Made by a program: the position numbers and the translations under genes. A stretch of DNA of 39,508 bases from Candidatus Dojkabacteria bacterium. GTDB lineage: Bacteria; Patescibacteriota; Dojkabacteria; B142; OLB20. Position 1 is the first letter of the stretch. Every line of letters starts with the position of its first letter. Shown here in pieces: positions 1-8,319 of this stretch. The stretch is from contig JBHHUN010000008.1 of the NCBI GenBank assembly GCA_046753765.1, positions 1 to 39,508 of the forward strand, written 5' to 3'. Below the pieces are notes generated by a model, which made no database searches, was not told the DNA's origin, and worked only from the letters and a program-made list of their open reading frames with translations.

Positions 1-155
1 CGCGAAAAAAACGTCGCCAGGTAATGACTACCAAGGTGATTAAATGCAGTATCACCCAGGGCACAGCTTGGGATCATCATTAGTACTGCCAGTAATCGAC
101 AAATCCTCTGGCGAGGTCTGCGACTTGTTTCAGGAGGAGTATTGTGTTGCTCCAT
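1..155 (-). CDS. Possible hypothetical protein, 5' part only (runs off the window)
   Basis: ATG at 155 opens MEQHNTPPETSRRPRQRICRLLAVLMMIPSCALG..., with no stop before the window edge. Confidence 0.4.
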   Translation of the reverse strand, partial: MEQHNTPPETSRRPRQRICRLLAVLMMIPSCALGDTAFNHLGSHYLATFFS

Positions 156-271
156 AATATACTTGGTATATCACTATTGTACCATCTCGTATGTACAGAT
201 ATGAAGATATTTCAGTCAAATTGCTTGTGTCTAGGCAAGATATAGTGGAGAGAAGAAGCTATCCTACTCTG

Positions 272-343
272 CTGGTCGGACAGGACTCGAACCTGTAATC
301 TCCCGGTTAACAGCCGGGTGCAATACCATTATGCTACCGACCA
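272..343 (-). tRNA. tRNA-Asn(GTT)
   Basis: Cloverleaf TGGTCGG...CCGACCA-G, anticodon arm CCCGG-CTGTTAA-CCGGG, T-loop TTCGAGT; no encoded CCA. Confidence 0.95.
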
Positions 344-374
344 ACAGAATAGACAATTTGTTCTCTCATGATGT

Positions 375-430
375 AGCCGGGTTCAATGCCGTTATGGCTA
401 TTTATTCCAACGTAGTCGGAACCGACCGAC
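375..430 (-). repeat. Degenerate copy of the 5' half of tRNA-Asn carrying a palindromic insertion (405-421)
   Basis: agccgggttcaatgccgttatg..accgacc matches tRNA agccgggtgcaataccattatg..accgacc; interrupted by ttccaac-gta-gtcggaa. Confidence 0.8.
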
Positions 431-454
431 AATCAGAACTAGCTCCAACCCTAT

Positions 455-480
455 AAAATAAAAAATCCCCTTTCGGGGAT
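455..480 (-). terminator. Intrinsic terminator (3:4 hairpin of the attenuator)
   Basis: Minus strand reads ATCCCC-GAAA-GGGGAT followed by TTTTTATTTT. Confidence 0.85.
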
Positions 481-511
481 CATTCTGACTTCAACAACCA
501 AAATAATCCCG

Positions 512-559
512 CTAGGAGGTATTATTCTGATTATTGTTAGTTACTTTTATTGTCTTCAT
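512..559 (-). CDS. Asn-rich leader peptide MKTIKVTNNNQNNTS
   Basis: ATG at 559, TAG at 514-512; 5 of 6 consecutive codons are AAC/AAT. Confidence 0.75.
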   Translation of the reverse strand: MKTIKVTNNNQNNTS

Positions 560-568
560 GCTGCTCTG

Positions 569-597
569 ATTTAACCATCTGACAGGTCGTTTGTCAA
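569..597 (-). promoter_or_regulatory. Sigma70-type promoter for the leader/tRNA-Asn transcript
   Basis: TTGACA (597-592), 17 nt spacer, TTAAAT (574-569), 9 nt before the leader ATG. Confidence 0.65.
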
Positions 598-770
598 CTA
601 ACCCCATCCTCTACCAACTTTCTGTGAGTAGAACTCTCACACAAACTGCAAAATGAGATCAAATTTTCCTACATTTTTACCATACATCTTATTGACTTAT
701 GATATACACCCCTGGTATATTGTTGTCTCCTGTGGCAAGCCGGATCTCCTTCCATTTTTACAAAACTATC

Positions 771-2501
771 ATGAGGCAGCTACTAAGGCTGTTCTACCAG
801 TTTAACCTTCGTTATAAAAAGGCCTTCATCAGCGGGTTAAGTTTGACTGTGCTGGGCGCAATCGCCTCTAACTTCTCAAATTTCTTTTATAAGTTTTTCG
901 TTGATTCTCTGCAGGGATTTAAGCTTGAAGATACGCTGATAATCCTAGGTGGACTTGTTCTGGTGAGAATAGTGGTCCTGATCCTTCAGAATACTGCTGA
1001 CATAGTTAGCGATATCTTCATTATCCGGGCAGCACGCGATGTAAGACTTAAAGTATTCTCACATCTACACAAACTCGATTTCAGCTTCCATGCTAACAAA
1101 CACAGTGGTTCGCTGATTTCTGCAATGAAGAGAGGCGATGGGGCCTTCTTTAGCTTCAATATGCAAATCAATCGCAATCTTCTCAGAGTAATTATCGATT
1201 TCGGCTTCATTGTAATCACATTTTCATTGATTGATGTCAGGTTCATGTTCGTGGTACTTGCGATAGTCGCCGTCAATCTAATTATCGCACGATTCCTGGT
1301 AAGGCTGAACATTGTTAAAAGAAAGCTGTTAAACAAAGAGGAGGACGACATCACTGCAATCATCGTCGACAATATGATCAACTACGAAACCGTGAAGTAC
1401 TTCGCCAAAGAGGGATTCGAGGAGAAAAGAATGGAAGATCAGTATAGCAGATGGTACACGGTGATTTGGGAATATGCAAACACCTTCCGACTCATAAATG
1501 TTTCAACAGGATTTCTCTCGATAGTTGGATCAGCAATCGTGATCCTTTTGGCTCTGTTCAAAACAACGGCTGGAAACATGTCACTTGGCGAATTTATTTT
1601 AGTGGTTACATTCCTAGCCACATTCTTTCCTAGACTTACCGAAATGATCTATCAGTTTCGCGAGATCGCGAAGCACTACACTGATCTCGAGAAGTACATT
1701 GGACTTCTTAATGAACCTGTTACTGTCGTCGAAGCTAACAATGCCCTAACCCTCAAAACTATCAAGGGTAAGATCCAATTTAAAGATGTTCACTTCAAAT
1801 ATCACAAAAGAGAGAATATTCTCAATAACTTTAATCTGGTCATTAAGCCTGGCGAGTCGGTTGCATTTGTCGGAGCATCGGGTGCCGGAAAAACAACACT
1901 CGTTAAACTTATTCTCAGGTTCTACGACATTGACAAGGGCACAATCCTGATTGACGGAAAAGACATCAGCAAGGCGACCAAGCAAAGCCTTCGTAATAGC
2001 ATTGGAATAGTCCCGCAAGAGCCAGTGTTGTTTAACAACACCATTGCTTACAACATAAGCTATGCAACTACTAAGGCAAACAAGAGTGGAATAGTGAACG
2101 CTGCAAAACTGGCAAACCTGCACGATTTTATCGACTCCTTGCCAGAGAAATATGACACTTTTGTTGGGGAACGAGGTATAAAGCTTTCCGGCGGACAGAA
2201 ACAACGGCTCGCAATCGCGCGGATGTTCATCGAAGATCCACCAATTATTGTCTTTGATGAAGCTACCAGCCAGCTGGACTCTGAGTCAGAGAAACTCATC
2301 CAGGACGCATTCTGGAGAGTTGCAAAAGATAAGACAACGATTATTATCGCTCACAGACTTTCAACTATTATGAAGGTCGACAGGATTATTGTCCTCAAGG
2401 ATGGGAAGATAGTTGAACAGGGTAAACATGAAGAACTAATCAAAAAGAAAGTCGGGGTCTATAAGGGGTTATGGGAGTTACAGCGCGGGGGGATGATATA
2501 A
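771..2501 (+). CDS. ABC transporter, fused permease/ATP-binding (ATM1/MsbA-like exporter)
   Basis: N-terminal TM helices, Walker A GASGAGKT, LSGGQKQR signature, DEATS, IAHRLST; start may be 699. Confidence 0.92.
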   Translation: MRQLLRLFYQFNLRYKKAFISGLSLTVLGAIASNFSNFFYKFFVDSLQGFKLEDTLIILGGLVLVRIVVLILQNTADIVSDIFIIRAARDVRLKVFSHLHKLDFSFHANKHSGSLISAMKRGDGAFFSFNMQINRNLLRVIIDFGFIVITFSLIDVRFMFVVLAIVAVNLIIARFLVRLNIVKRKLLNKEEDDITAIIVDNMINYETVKYFAKEGFEEKRMEDQYSRWYTVIWEYANTFRLINVSTGFLSIVGSAIVILLALFKTTAGNMSLGEFILVVTFLATFFPRLTEMIYQFREIAKHYTDLEKYIGLLNEPVTVVEANNALTLKTIKGKIQFKDVHFKYHKRENILNNFNLVIKPGESVAFVGASGAGKTTLVKLILRFYDIDKGTILIDGKDISKATKQSLRNSIGIVPQEPVLFNNTIAYNISYATTKANKSGIVNAAKLANLHDFIDSLPEKYDTFVGERGIKLSGGQKQRLAIARMFIEDPPIIVFDEATSQLDSESEKLIQDAFWRVAKDKTTIIIAHRLSTIMKVDRIIVLKDGKIVEQGKHEELIKKKVGVYKGLWELQRGGMI

Positions 2502-2581
2502 GTTCGAGGTAACGACACGAAGTACTTGGTATCAAATAGCAAGTTCTGTAAACTAAACACATAAATTCACCACACTCCACT

Positions 2582-2956
2582 ATGGCAAAATCTATTGCTG
2601 AGCTTACCCGCATCATTTGTAATTTCACTGAAGAGAGGGGATGGACTAATAATGATCCTAACCAGATTCTCTCATCAATTTTTATCGAGCTGGGAGAGCT
2701 TGCCGAGCATTATCAATGGCAGTCCGAATTTACGAAGCTATCCGCTTCTAAGAAAAGAGAAATTGGTTATGAGTTTGTCGACGTCATATTCTATCTATTC
2801 AAACTTGCAGAACGATCTGGAATTGACATTGAGAAGTACTTTGACGAAAAAGTTCCAAAACTGGAAAAGAAATTCCCTGTTGGTATCGATACTATTGGCT
2901 ATAATAAGGTGAAGCGTGAATACAGAAAGAAAGGGCAAAACAAGTTGTACACATAG
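2582..2956 (+). CDS. MazG-like nucleotide pyrophosphohydrolase
   Basis: FTEERGW, ELGELAEHYQW and EFVDV motifs. Confidence 0.8.
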   Translation: MAKSIAELTRIICNFTEERGWTNNDPNQILSSIFIELGELAEHYQWQSEFTKLSASKKREIGYEFVDVIFYLFKLAERSGIDIEKYFDEKVPKLEKKFPVGIDTIGYNKVKREYRKKGQNKLYT

Positions 2957-2964
2957 TTTGTAAA

Positions 2965-3022
2965 TGAGTCGGGCGAGACTCGAACTCGCAACCAATCCCG
3001 ACTAGGGTCGGGACTGCTCTAC
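2965..3022 (-). repeat. tRNA-Lys-derived copy with the anticodon arm replaced by a palindrome
   Basis: 2965-2996 is identical to 3284-3315; then cccgac-tagg-gtcggg replaces ggcttaaaaggcc, followed by actgctctac. Confidence 0.9.
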
Positions 3023-3262
3023 TAATTCACTCACCTTCTTCCTGCTCTTCCATCTTTTGATCTGAAGCTCTCGCTTTTTGGCTTCGGTTTGCGAAACAAT
3101 TTCCTCTGAATACACTAACTCCCAATCTCCTGGTTGTTTCCGTGTGTACTTACTCTTATGAAGTCCTTTCTGATGCTCTGACAACCGCTTCTGAAGGTCA
3201 GTAGTGCTTCCGATATAGTACTTGTCTATGACAGCATTGTAGAGGATATATACGTGGAAGAT
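3002..3262 (-). CDS. Small GIY-YIG nuclease (UPF0213-like); start codon uncertain
   Basis: HVYILY..YYIGSTTDLQKRLSEH..SKYT..W.LVYSE..EAKKRELQIKRWKSR; the expected start position reads ATC and the in-frame TTG at 3310 lies inside the tRNA. Confidence 0.88.
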   Translation of the reverse strand: MFHVYILYNAVIDKYYIGSTTDLQKRLSEHQKGLHKSKYTRKQPGDWELVYSEEIVSQTEAKKRELQIKRWKSRKKVSELVEQSRP

Positions 3263-3283
3263 CTTAATGAGGTAAAAAATAAG

Positions 3284-3355
3284 TGAGTCGGGCGAGACTC
3301 GAACTCGCAACCAATGGCTTAAAAGGCCACTGCTCTACCATTGAGCTACCGACCC
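3284..3355 (-). tRNA. tRNA-Lys(TTT)
   Basis: GGGTCGG...CCGACTC-A, anticodon arm GTGGC-CTTTTAA-GCCAT, TTCGAGT; no encoded CCA. Confidence 0.95.
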
Positions 3356-3578
3356 AATGACTCATGATTTTTTACTCCATTATTCTTTAAAGATCTCTAA
3401 CTCGCTTCCAATCCCGACTAAGGTCGGGACTGCCTATCCACTAACCCTACCGACCCAATGACTCATTTATCTTTTACTCCATTATTCTTTAAAGATCTCT
3501 AACTCGCTTCCAATCCCGACTAAGGTCGGGACTGCTCTACCATTGAGGCTATCTATTCCGACTTGTCGGAACCGACCC
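3346..3578 (-). repeat. ~102-bp tandem direct repeat containing two pseudo-tRNA-Lys modules and three palindromes
   Basis: 3346-3433 is nearly identical to 3447-3535; palindromes at 3412-3429, 3514-3531 and 3556-3571. Confidence 0.9.
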
Positions 3579-3579
3579 A

Positions 3580-3936
3580 CTAGTAAATCGCATTCTTAAT
3601 GTGCTTTAGTTTATCAATCGAACCTGAACTGGCTACCACTCCAACAAAATCAATTCGCCAGTCAGCATCCTGCATCTCATTCCTCATCATCCAAACCCTG
3701 CACGTCTTTATTAGTGTCTGTCGTTTCTTGCTCGTGATCGTCTGCTCAAGCCTGATATAGTTCTCATTCTTAAGACTTTTTACCTCAACAAACACCAATT
3801 CACTTTGTTCTCTTGCAATTATATCAATTTCTCCACCCCTGATGGTAAAGTTGCGCTCAATTATTTGATATCCTGCCGAGCGCAGATAGCTTGCAACCTT
3901 TCCTTCAATCTGTTTTCCCCTCTTCCTTTTATTCAT
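3580..3936 (-). CDS. yraN: YraN/UPF0102 family endonuclease
   Basis: ERNF..GGEIDIIA..LVFVEVK..WRIDFV; typical position after rnhB. Confidence 0.88.
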   Translation of the reverse strand: MNKRKRGKQIEGKVASYLRSAGYQIIERNFTIRGGEIDIIAREQSELVFVEVKSLKNENYIRLEQTITSKKRQTLIKTCRVWMMRNEMQDADWRIDFVGVVASSGSIDKLKHIKNAIY

Positions 3937-4579
3937 TAATACCTATCTTTAGCTGAGACAACATCTCACTTATCGGCTTAAAGCTCTTTCTGTGCAGCTC
4001 AGATGCACCGTGAGTATCGAGAGCTTTTAGATGATGTGGCGTTGGATATCCAACGTTACTGTTAAATCCGTAGTGACGATAGTCTTTGTGTAGATCACGC
4101 ATTAATTTATCCCTGAATACCTTCGCCAGTATTGATGCACTAGCGATCGAATAGTGCAGCATATCGCCACCAATGATCTGCATGGTATTCTCACCAAAAT
4201 TGGTGGCAAACCTACCATCAATTAGGAAGAACGTTTCAGGTGATTGAAAATTCTCGATAATTTCAAAGATCTTCCGCTCGACTGTTTTGCCAACTCCTGA
4301 GGTATTGATGCATTCAAGCCCCCCTGCGAGAGTAAGATGCTCGTCATCACTTAGAAGGCATTGGAGCTTTTCACGCTTCACTCGTGTAAGTCTTTTCGAG
4401 TCGTCTACCCCACGTCTGATCTTAGAGGATGTACCAAAAACAAAGCCACTCACAACTACTGGACCGGCCCAGGCTCCTCTGCCAACCTCATCAATCCCCA
4501 CAATTCTGGAGTATCCTTTTCTGAGTAGTTGAAGTTCGAAGCTACTTGTCAGCCTTCTCTTTTTTTTCGGCTTTGGCAT
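3929..4579 (-). CDS. rnhB: Ribonuclease HII
   Basis: [37 protein letters not shown] motifs; start at ATG 4579 is inferred. Confidence 0.93.
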   Translation of the reverse strand: MPKPKKKRRLTSSFELQLLRKGYSRIVGIDEVGRGAWAGPVVVSGFVFGTSSKIRRGVDDSKRLTRVKREKLQCLLSDDEHLTLAGGLECINTSGVGKTVERKIFEIIENFQSPETFFLIDGRFATNFGENTMQIIGGDMLHYSIASASILAKVFRDKLMRDLHKDYRHYGFNSNVGYPTPHHLKALDTHGASELHRKSFKPISEMLSQLKIGINE

Positions 4580-5006
4580 CTGGTTTAGGGTCTCCCTCAG
4601 TTTTTTTCTTCTCCTCTTCATCTTCGAAGTCGCTCTCCGCAAATATTCCATCACCAATCTCACCACCCTCCGAGACCTTCAAAGCTTTCTTGCCAACACG
4701 ATCACGCATGTAATACAGTTTTGATCTGCGCACCTTACCTTTTTTTACAACTTTGATCTTTGCTATGTTTGGACTGTAAAGAGGAAAAATCTTTTCAACA
4801 CCTATCCCTGAACTGATCTTGCGTACCGTAAATGTTCTCCGCGTCCCCGAACCCCTGATAGACAAGACAATTCCCTCAAATACCTGAGTTCTTTGTTTAT
4901 CGCCCTCTCTAACAATAACGTTGACTGCAACAGTATCGCCAACCCCAAATTTAGGCGTCTTCCTTAAAAAAGGTTTTTCAATTGTCAGTAAGATATCTGT
5001 ACTCAT
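4542..5006 (-). CDS. rplS: 50S ribosomal protein L19
   Basis: [39 protein letters not shown]; charged C-terminal extension. Confidence 0.97.
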   Translation of the reverse strand: MSTDILLTIEKPFLRKTPKFGVGDTVAVNVIVREGDKQRTQVFEGIVLSIRGSGTRRTFTVRKISSGIGVEKIFPLYSPNIAKIKVVKKGKVRRSKLYYMRDRVGKKALKVSEGGEIGDGIFAESDFEDEEEKKKTEGDPKPDAKAEKKEKADK

Positions 5007-5105
5007 TGGTAATTTGCTTGTAATGGCAGCAAGGGAATTTCTCAACTAAACCTACTAATTTTACCATCAATAGCTCTTTTTAACAACGCATTTGGCAGAG
5101 CAGAC

Positions 5106-5420
5106 CTACCTGTCAAGATCCATTGACTGAGATAGAGCCTTAATCTCACGGAGCTCTCTGCGGATATCTCTAAGCATGATCTCCACTGCACGTAAACGTG
5201 ACGAGATTTTATAATCTTTTGGGTCAGTCCCTAAGAAGAAAGTTATCGGTTTCTTGAACAGGTCAGCAAGCTTCTGAAGCTTATCTATAGGTGGGCTGAT
5301 TCTCCCTGATTCATAGCCAGAGATTGTTTTGTCGGAGACACCCAATGATACACCTACTTGCAACTGTGATATCTTGGCCTCTTCGCGAGCTAATTTTATT
5401 CTACCTCCCAGTGTCTTCAT
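5106..5420 (-). CDS. XRE-family HTH transcriptional regulator
   Basis: LGGRIKLARE..SQ..LGVSDKTISGYESG..P. Confidence 0.88.
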   Translation of the reverse strand: MKTLGGRIKLAREEAKISQLQVGVSLGVSDKTISGYESGRISPPIDKLQKLADLFKKPITFFLGTDPKDYKISSRLRAVEIMLRDIRRELREIKALSQSMDLDR

Positions 5421-5431
5421 GAGCTTATAAT

Positions 5432-6076
5432 TTAGAGTTTATTTAATGCTTGTTTGATATTGTCATAAGAGTATCCTTTGCGCATCAGGTACTCAGTCAA
5501 TTTTTGCTTTAGATCTCTCTCATTGAGCCATTTTTGTTCGAGACCTTTCAACTTCTTTTTTGCTAAACGCTCAATTGTTTCAACCTCTTCAGATCCTGGA
5601 TATTCTTTGGCAAGAACATCTCTGATGATCTGATTGTCTATTCCTTTTCTTGCGAGCTCAGCTGTTAGCTCTCTTCTACTTCTCGTCTTAAATTCCTTAC
5701 GGTTTTTGACCCACCAAAGTGCAAATTCATCATCATTCAGATAGCTTTTCTTTTTTAACAACTTCAGTACATCATCTCGAACAACCGCTGCTAATCCTTT
5801 CTCGACTTTACGTTTCATTAGTTTCTGAGAAAGATAGTCTCGTATCTCTTTTTCTGATCTTGGTCTGCTTGATATTAAATTTAAAGACCTTGTAATCAGA
5901 GTTGCTACAAGGTCATCTTTTTGAATTCTGGTCAGATCTTCTTCCGCAAGCTGTTTACCAACAAACAACCCCTCTTCAATCAGAATACTCTCTTCTACAC
6001 TAAAAGTGTACCTGTCGTCAAGAAATATTGCTATTTTGTTACCACGCTTATTCCTCAGTAACTTAGATACTTTCAT
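5432..6076 (-). CDS. recX: Recombination regulator RecX
   Basis: RPRSEKEIRDYL, YLNDDEFA, ELARKGI, YLMRKGYS. Confidence 0.9.
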   Translation of the reverse strand: MKVSKLLRNKRGNKIAIFLDDRYTFSVEESILIEEGLFVGKQLAEEDLTRIQKDDLVATLITRSLNLISSRPRSEKEIRDYLSQKLMKRKVEKGLAAVVRDDVLKLLKKKSYLNDDEFALWWVKNRKEFKTRSRRELTAELARKGIDNQIIRDVLAKEYPGSEEVETIERLAKKKLKGLEQKWLNERDLKQKLTEYLMRKGYSYDNIKQALNKL

Positions 6077-6101
6077 TTACTTACAATCTCTTCGGGCTCT
6101 A

Positions 6102-7082
6102 TCAATAGTTAAGTATATACATCGCTTTCAACAATGCACCTGAACCATCGTGACCTGTAAGCGCAGCAACAGGATTTAGAAGATTTGCCAACTTAAGTGA
6201 TAGTGTATTGAAGCTGTTTTCCTGCGCATCGTACCTTATTATGGCTGGATCATCAAGACCAGCGATCTCCATTATCTTTTCGATGGCTTGCTCCTGTTCG
6301 CCAAGGGAATCTACCAGCCCATTATCCATTGCCTGCTTTCCGCTGTACACACGACCATCAGCCAAAGGTATAACCTCTTCGGCAGTTAACCCCCGGCCAT
6401 CAGTGACAACGCTTATAAAATTGTCGTAGTAATCATCGGCCACTGTCTGGAGAAGCTTGTAACCTTTGCTTTCGCGATCATCAAGGTCTTCGAGTACTTT
6501 GAGGTTGCCATCTGTATTTGAGATTTTAATCTCCTGAACACCAAGTTTTTCATACAGCCCCGTAATGTCCAGCTGTGAAAAGATGACTCCTATGCTTCCA
6601 GTCAGTGTCATCTCTGAAGCAACTATATGGTCTGCAGGTGCTGAGACGTAATAGCCACCTGATGCGGCGACATCTTCCATCAGCACAACAAGTGTCTTCC
6701 CCTCATCCCTGAAATCCTGGATTTTATTGTAGATTCTGCGGGTCGCGTATACTTCTCCACCAGGCGTGTTCACCCTGAGCAGGATTGCTTTTACAGAGTC
6801 ATCCCTTCGCGCCCTCTCTATAAGGGAGATAACACTGGTTGCCATATCAGGTCCTGTATTGCCCCAGATATCACTGACCTCCGTGCTTGTAATTACCTCA
6901 TCGATATCAATAACCGCAATTTTTTGACTTGCGTCGCCAGTAAACAGAGTTGTTGTTTCAACACCTGAAACGTACCCCTCTTCAAGAACGGCATACATAC
7001 TAAAGGCCAAGAAACAACAGAAAGCTAGTATGGCCAATAAGGTCACAACCACCACAATTGCAAGTACAACTTTTTTTGACAT
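6102..7082 (-). CDS. sppA: Signal peptide peptidase SppA (S49)
   Basis: NTPGG, AASGGYY, TGSIGV, ADGRVYSG..GLVD; N-terminal TM; start at ATG 7082. Confidence 0.92.
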   Translation of the reverse strand: MSKKVVLAIVVVVTLLAILAFCCFLAFSMYAVLEEGYVSGVETTTLFTGDASQKIAVIDIDEVITSTEVSDIWGNTGPDMATSVISLIERARRDDSVKAILLRVNTPGGEVYATRRIYNKIQDFRDEGKTLVVLMEDVAASGGYYVSAPADHIVASEMTLTGSIGVIFSQLDITGLYEKLGVQEIKISNTDGNLKVLEDLDDRESKGYKLLQTVADDYYDNFISVVTDGRGLTAEEVIPLADGRVYSGKQAMDNGLVDSLGEQEQAIEKIMEIAGLDDPAIIRYDAQENSFNTLSLKLANLLNPVAALTGHDGSGALLKAMYILNY

Positions 7083-7206
7083 CGTATTTTCGAAATTAAA
7101 GTAGAACCAGTTTATTATACACCCAGTCAAATGCCAAGCAATTGACTGTAGATTTATCTCTTTTTCATGTAGAATAAAACCACTAAACTTGCACACGCTA
7201 CTGCCA

Positions 7207-8259
7207 ATGCTGAAAAAGTATGACGCACTTACAGCAGTTTTCGTACTTATCTTTTGGGTACTGTCACTGATTGTCGGTGGTTTGTATCAGAAGATGCGGA
7301 TAGCGAGCTCCTCACCCACCGATATCTTCGCCCCATTTGCTCCAGAATATGTCTCAGCTTTAGACGTCACACCTCCTGAAGTTCTCGCTCTCAATGATGT
7401 CGATCCAACCTTTTATGATTCTGCCAATGTTCAAATAACCACTAACGAAGAGCTGGACGTTACTTCTCTCGCTCCATACAATTACGGACTCCTCGATACA
7501 GACAGTGGCCAGTTTACATATAAGGTTGAAGTAGATGATCTGGATCATGGAGATAATCAAGTTACTCTAAACTTAACCGATGAAGAGGGAAATACTAATC
7601 AACACCAGTTCACAATAGAGCGATTCTCCATCAATAAGTGCCTACTCAAACCAGACAGAGAGGTATCAACATTTCCACATCCAAACGCGCTGGACGCAAT
7701 AATTGACAAGTATCACAAGGTGTCGGGGAATTACTATCCATTCCGGCTCGTGAATGCTGGGTTACATGGATTACCCGTTTACGGGAGCGCATACCTACGC
7801 CAGGTGGCACTGGATCCACTAAAGAAAATGATTGGTGACATACAAAAAGCTGGAATACACGTCACAATAAGCTCCGGTTTCCGTAATTTCAATTCACAAC
7901 AACGAGCCTACGACTATTGGAAGAGCATTGTAGGTGCGGAGAAGGCAAATGACTATGCCGCCTACCCCGGTCATAGCGAGCACCACCTTGGAACAACAGT
8001 TGACCTACTTACAAATGAGAATGGTTTGGCAGTCGGACCGTCATTTGACAACACCAAACTGGGCACCTGGCTTCGCAAAAATGCCTTCAAGTACGGATTC
8101 ACAATGTCATACCCGAAGGGAAAGAAAAATATCACTGGCTACAGCCACGAAGGCTGGCACTGGCGATACATTGGACCTAAACATGCAGCCGAAATCAAAA
8201 AACTTAAGATATCCCCAACCGAGTACCTGTACAATCTACACTCGGTTACGTGTGACTAA
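7207..8259 (+). CDS. D,D-carboxypeptidase, M15B (VanY-like), membrane anchored
   Basis: SGFR, PGHSEHHLGTTVD, EGWHWRYIG. Confidence 0.88.
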   Translation: MLKKYDALTAVFVLIFWVLSLIVGGLYQKMRIASSSPTDIFAPFAPEYVSALDVTPPEVLALNDVDPTFYDSANVQITTNEELDVTSLAPYNYGLLDTDSGQFTYKVEVDDLDHGDNQVTLNLTDEEGNTNQHQFTIERFSINKCLLKPDREVSTFPHPNALDAIIDKYHKVSGNYYPFRLVNAGLHGLPVYGSAYLRQVALDPLKKMIGDIQKAGIHVTISSGFRNFNSQQRAYDYWKSIVGAEKANDYAAYPGHSEHHLGTTVDLLTNENGLAVGPSFDNTKLGTWLRKNAFKYGFTMSYPKGKKNITGYSHEGWHWRYIGPKHAAEIKKLKISPTEYLYNLHSVTCD

Positions 8260-8319
8260 ATTGTTTCAACCCCCTTATAAATAGTACAATTGCTTTATTT
8301 GTCTCGTTGTTTAGGCAGT

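Larger units (their letters stand above)
455..559 (-). promoter_or_regulatory. Ribosome-mediated transcription attenuator (Asn-sensing)
   Basis: Leader ORF plus mutually exclusive helices: 536-521 pairs with 507-492; 510-498 pairs with 488-476; 480-475 pairs with 470-465. Confidence 0.75.

Noticed and set aside
623-641. CRP-like site TGTGA...TCACA
   Set aside because: The spacer is 9 nt, not the 6 required; it may be an unrelated inverted repeat.
2996-3013. Amber-suppressor tRNA (CTA in the replaced loop)
   Set aside because: The loop is 4 nt rather than 7, the copy lacks the 5' acceptor strand, and the other copies have a different loop.
2965-3578. CRISPR array
   Set aside because: The sequences between palindromes are themselves repeated or coding rather than unique spacers, the repeats are tRNA-derived, and there are no cas genes.
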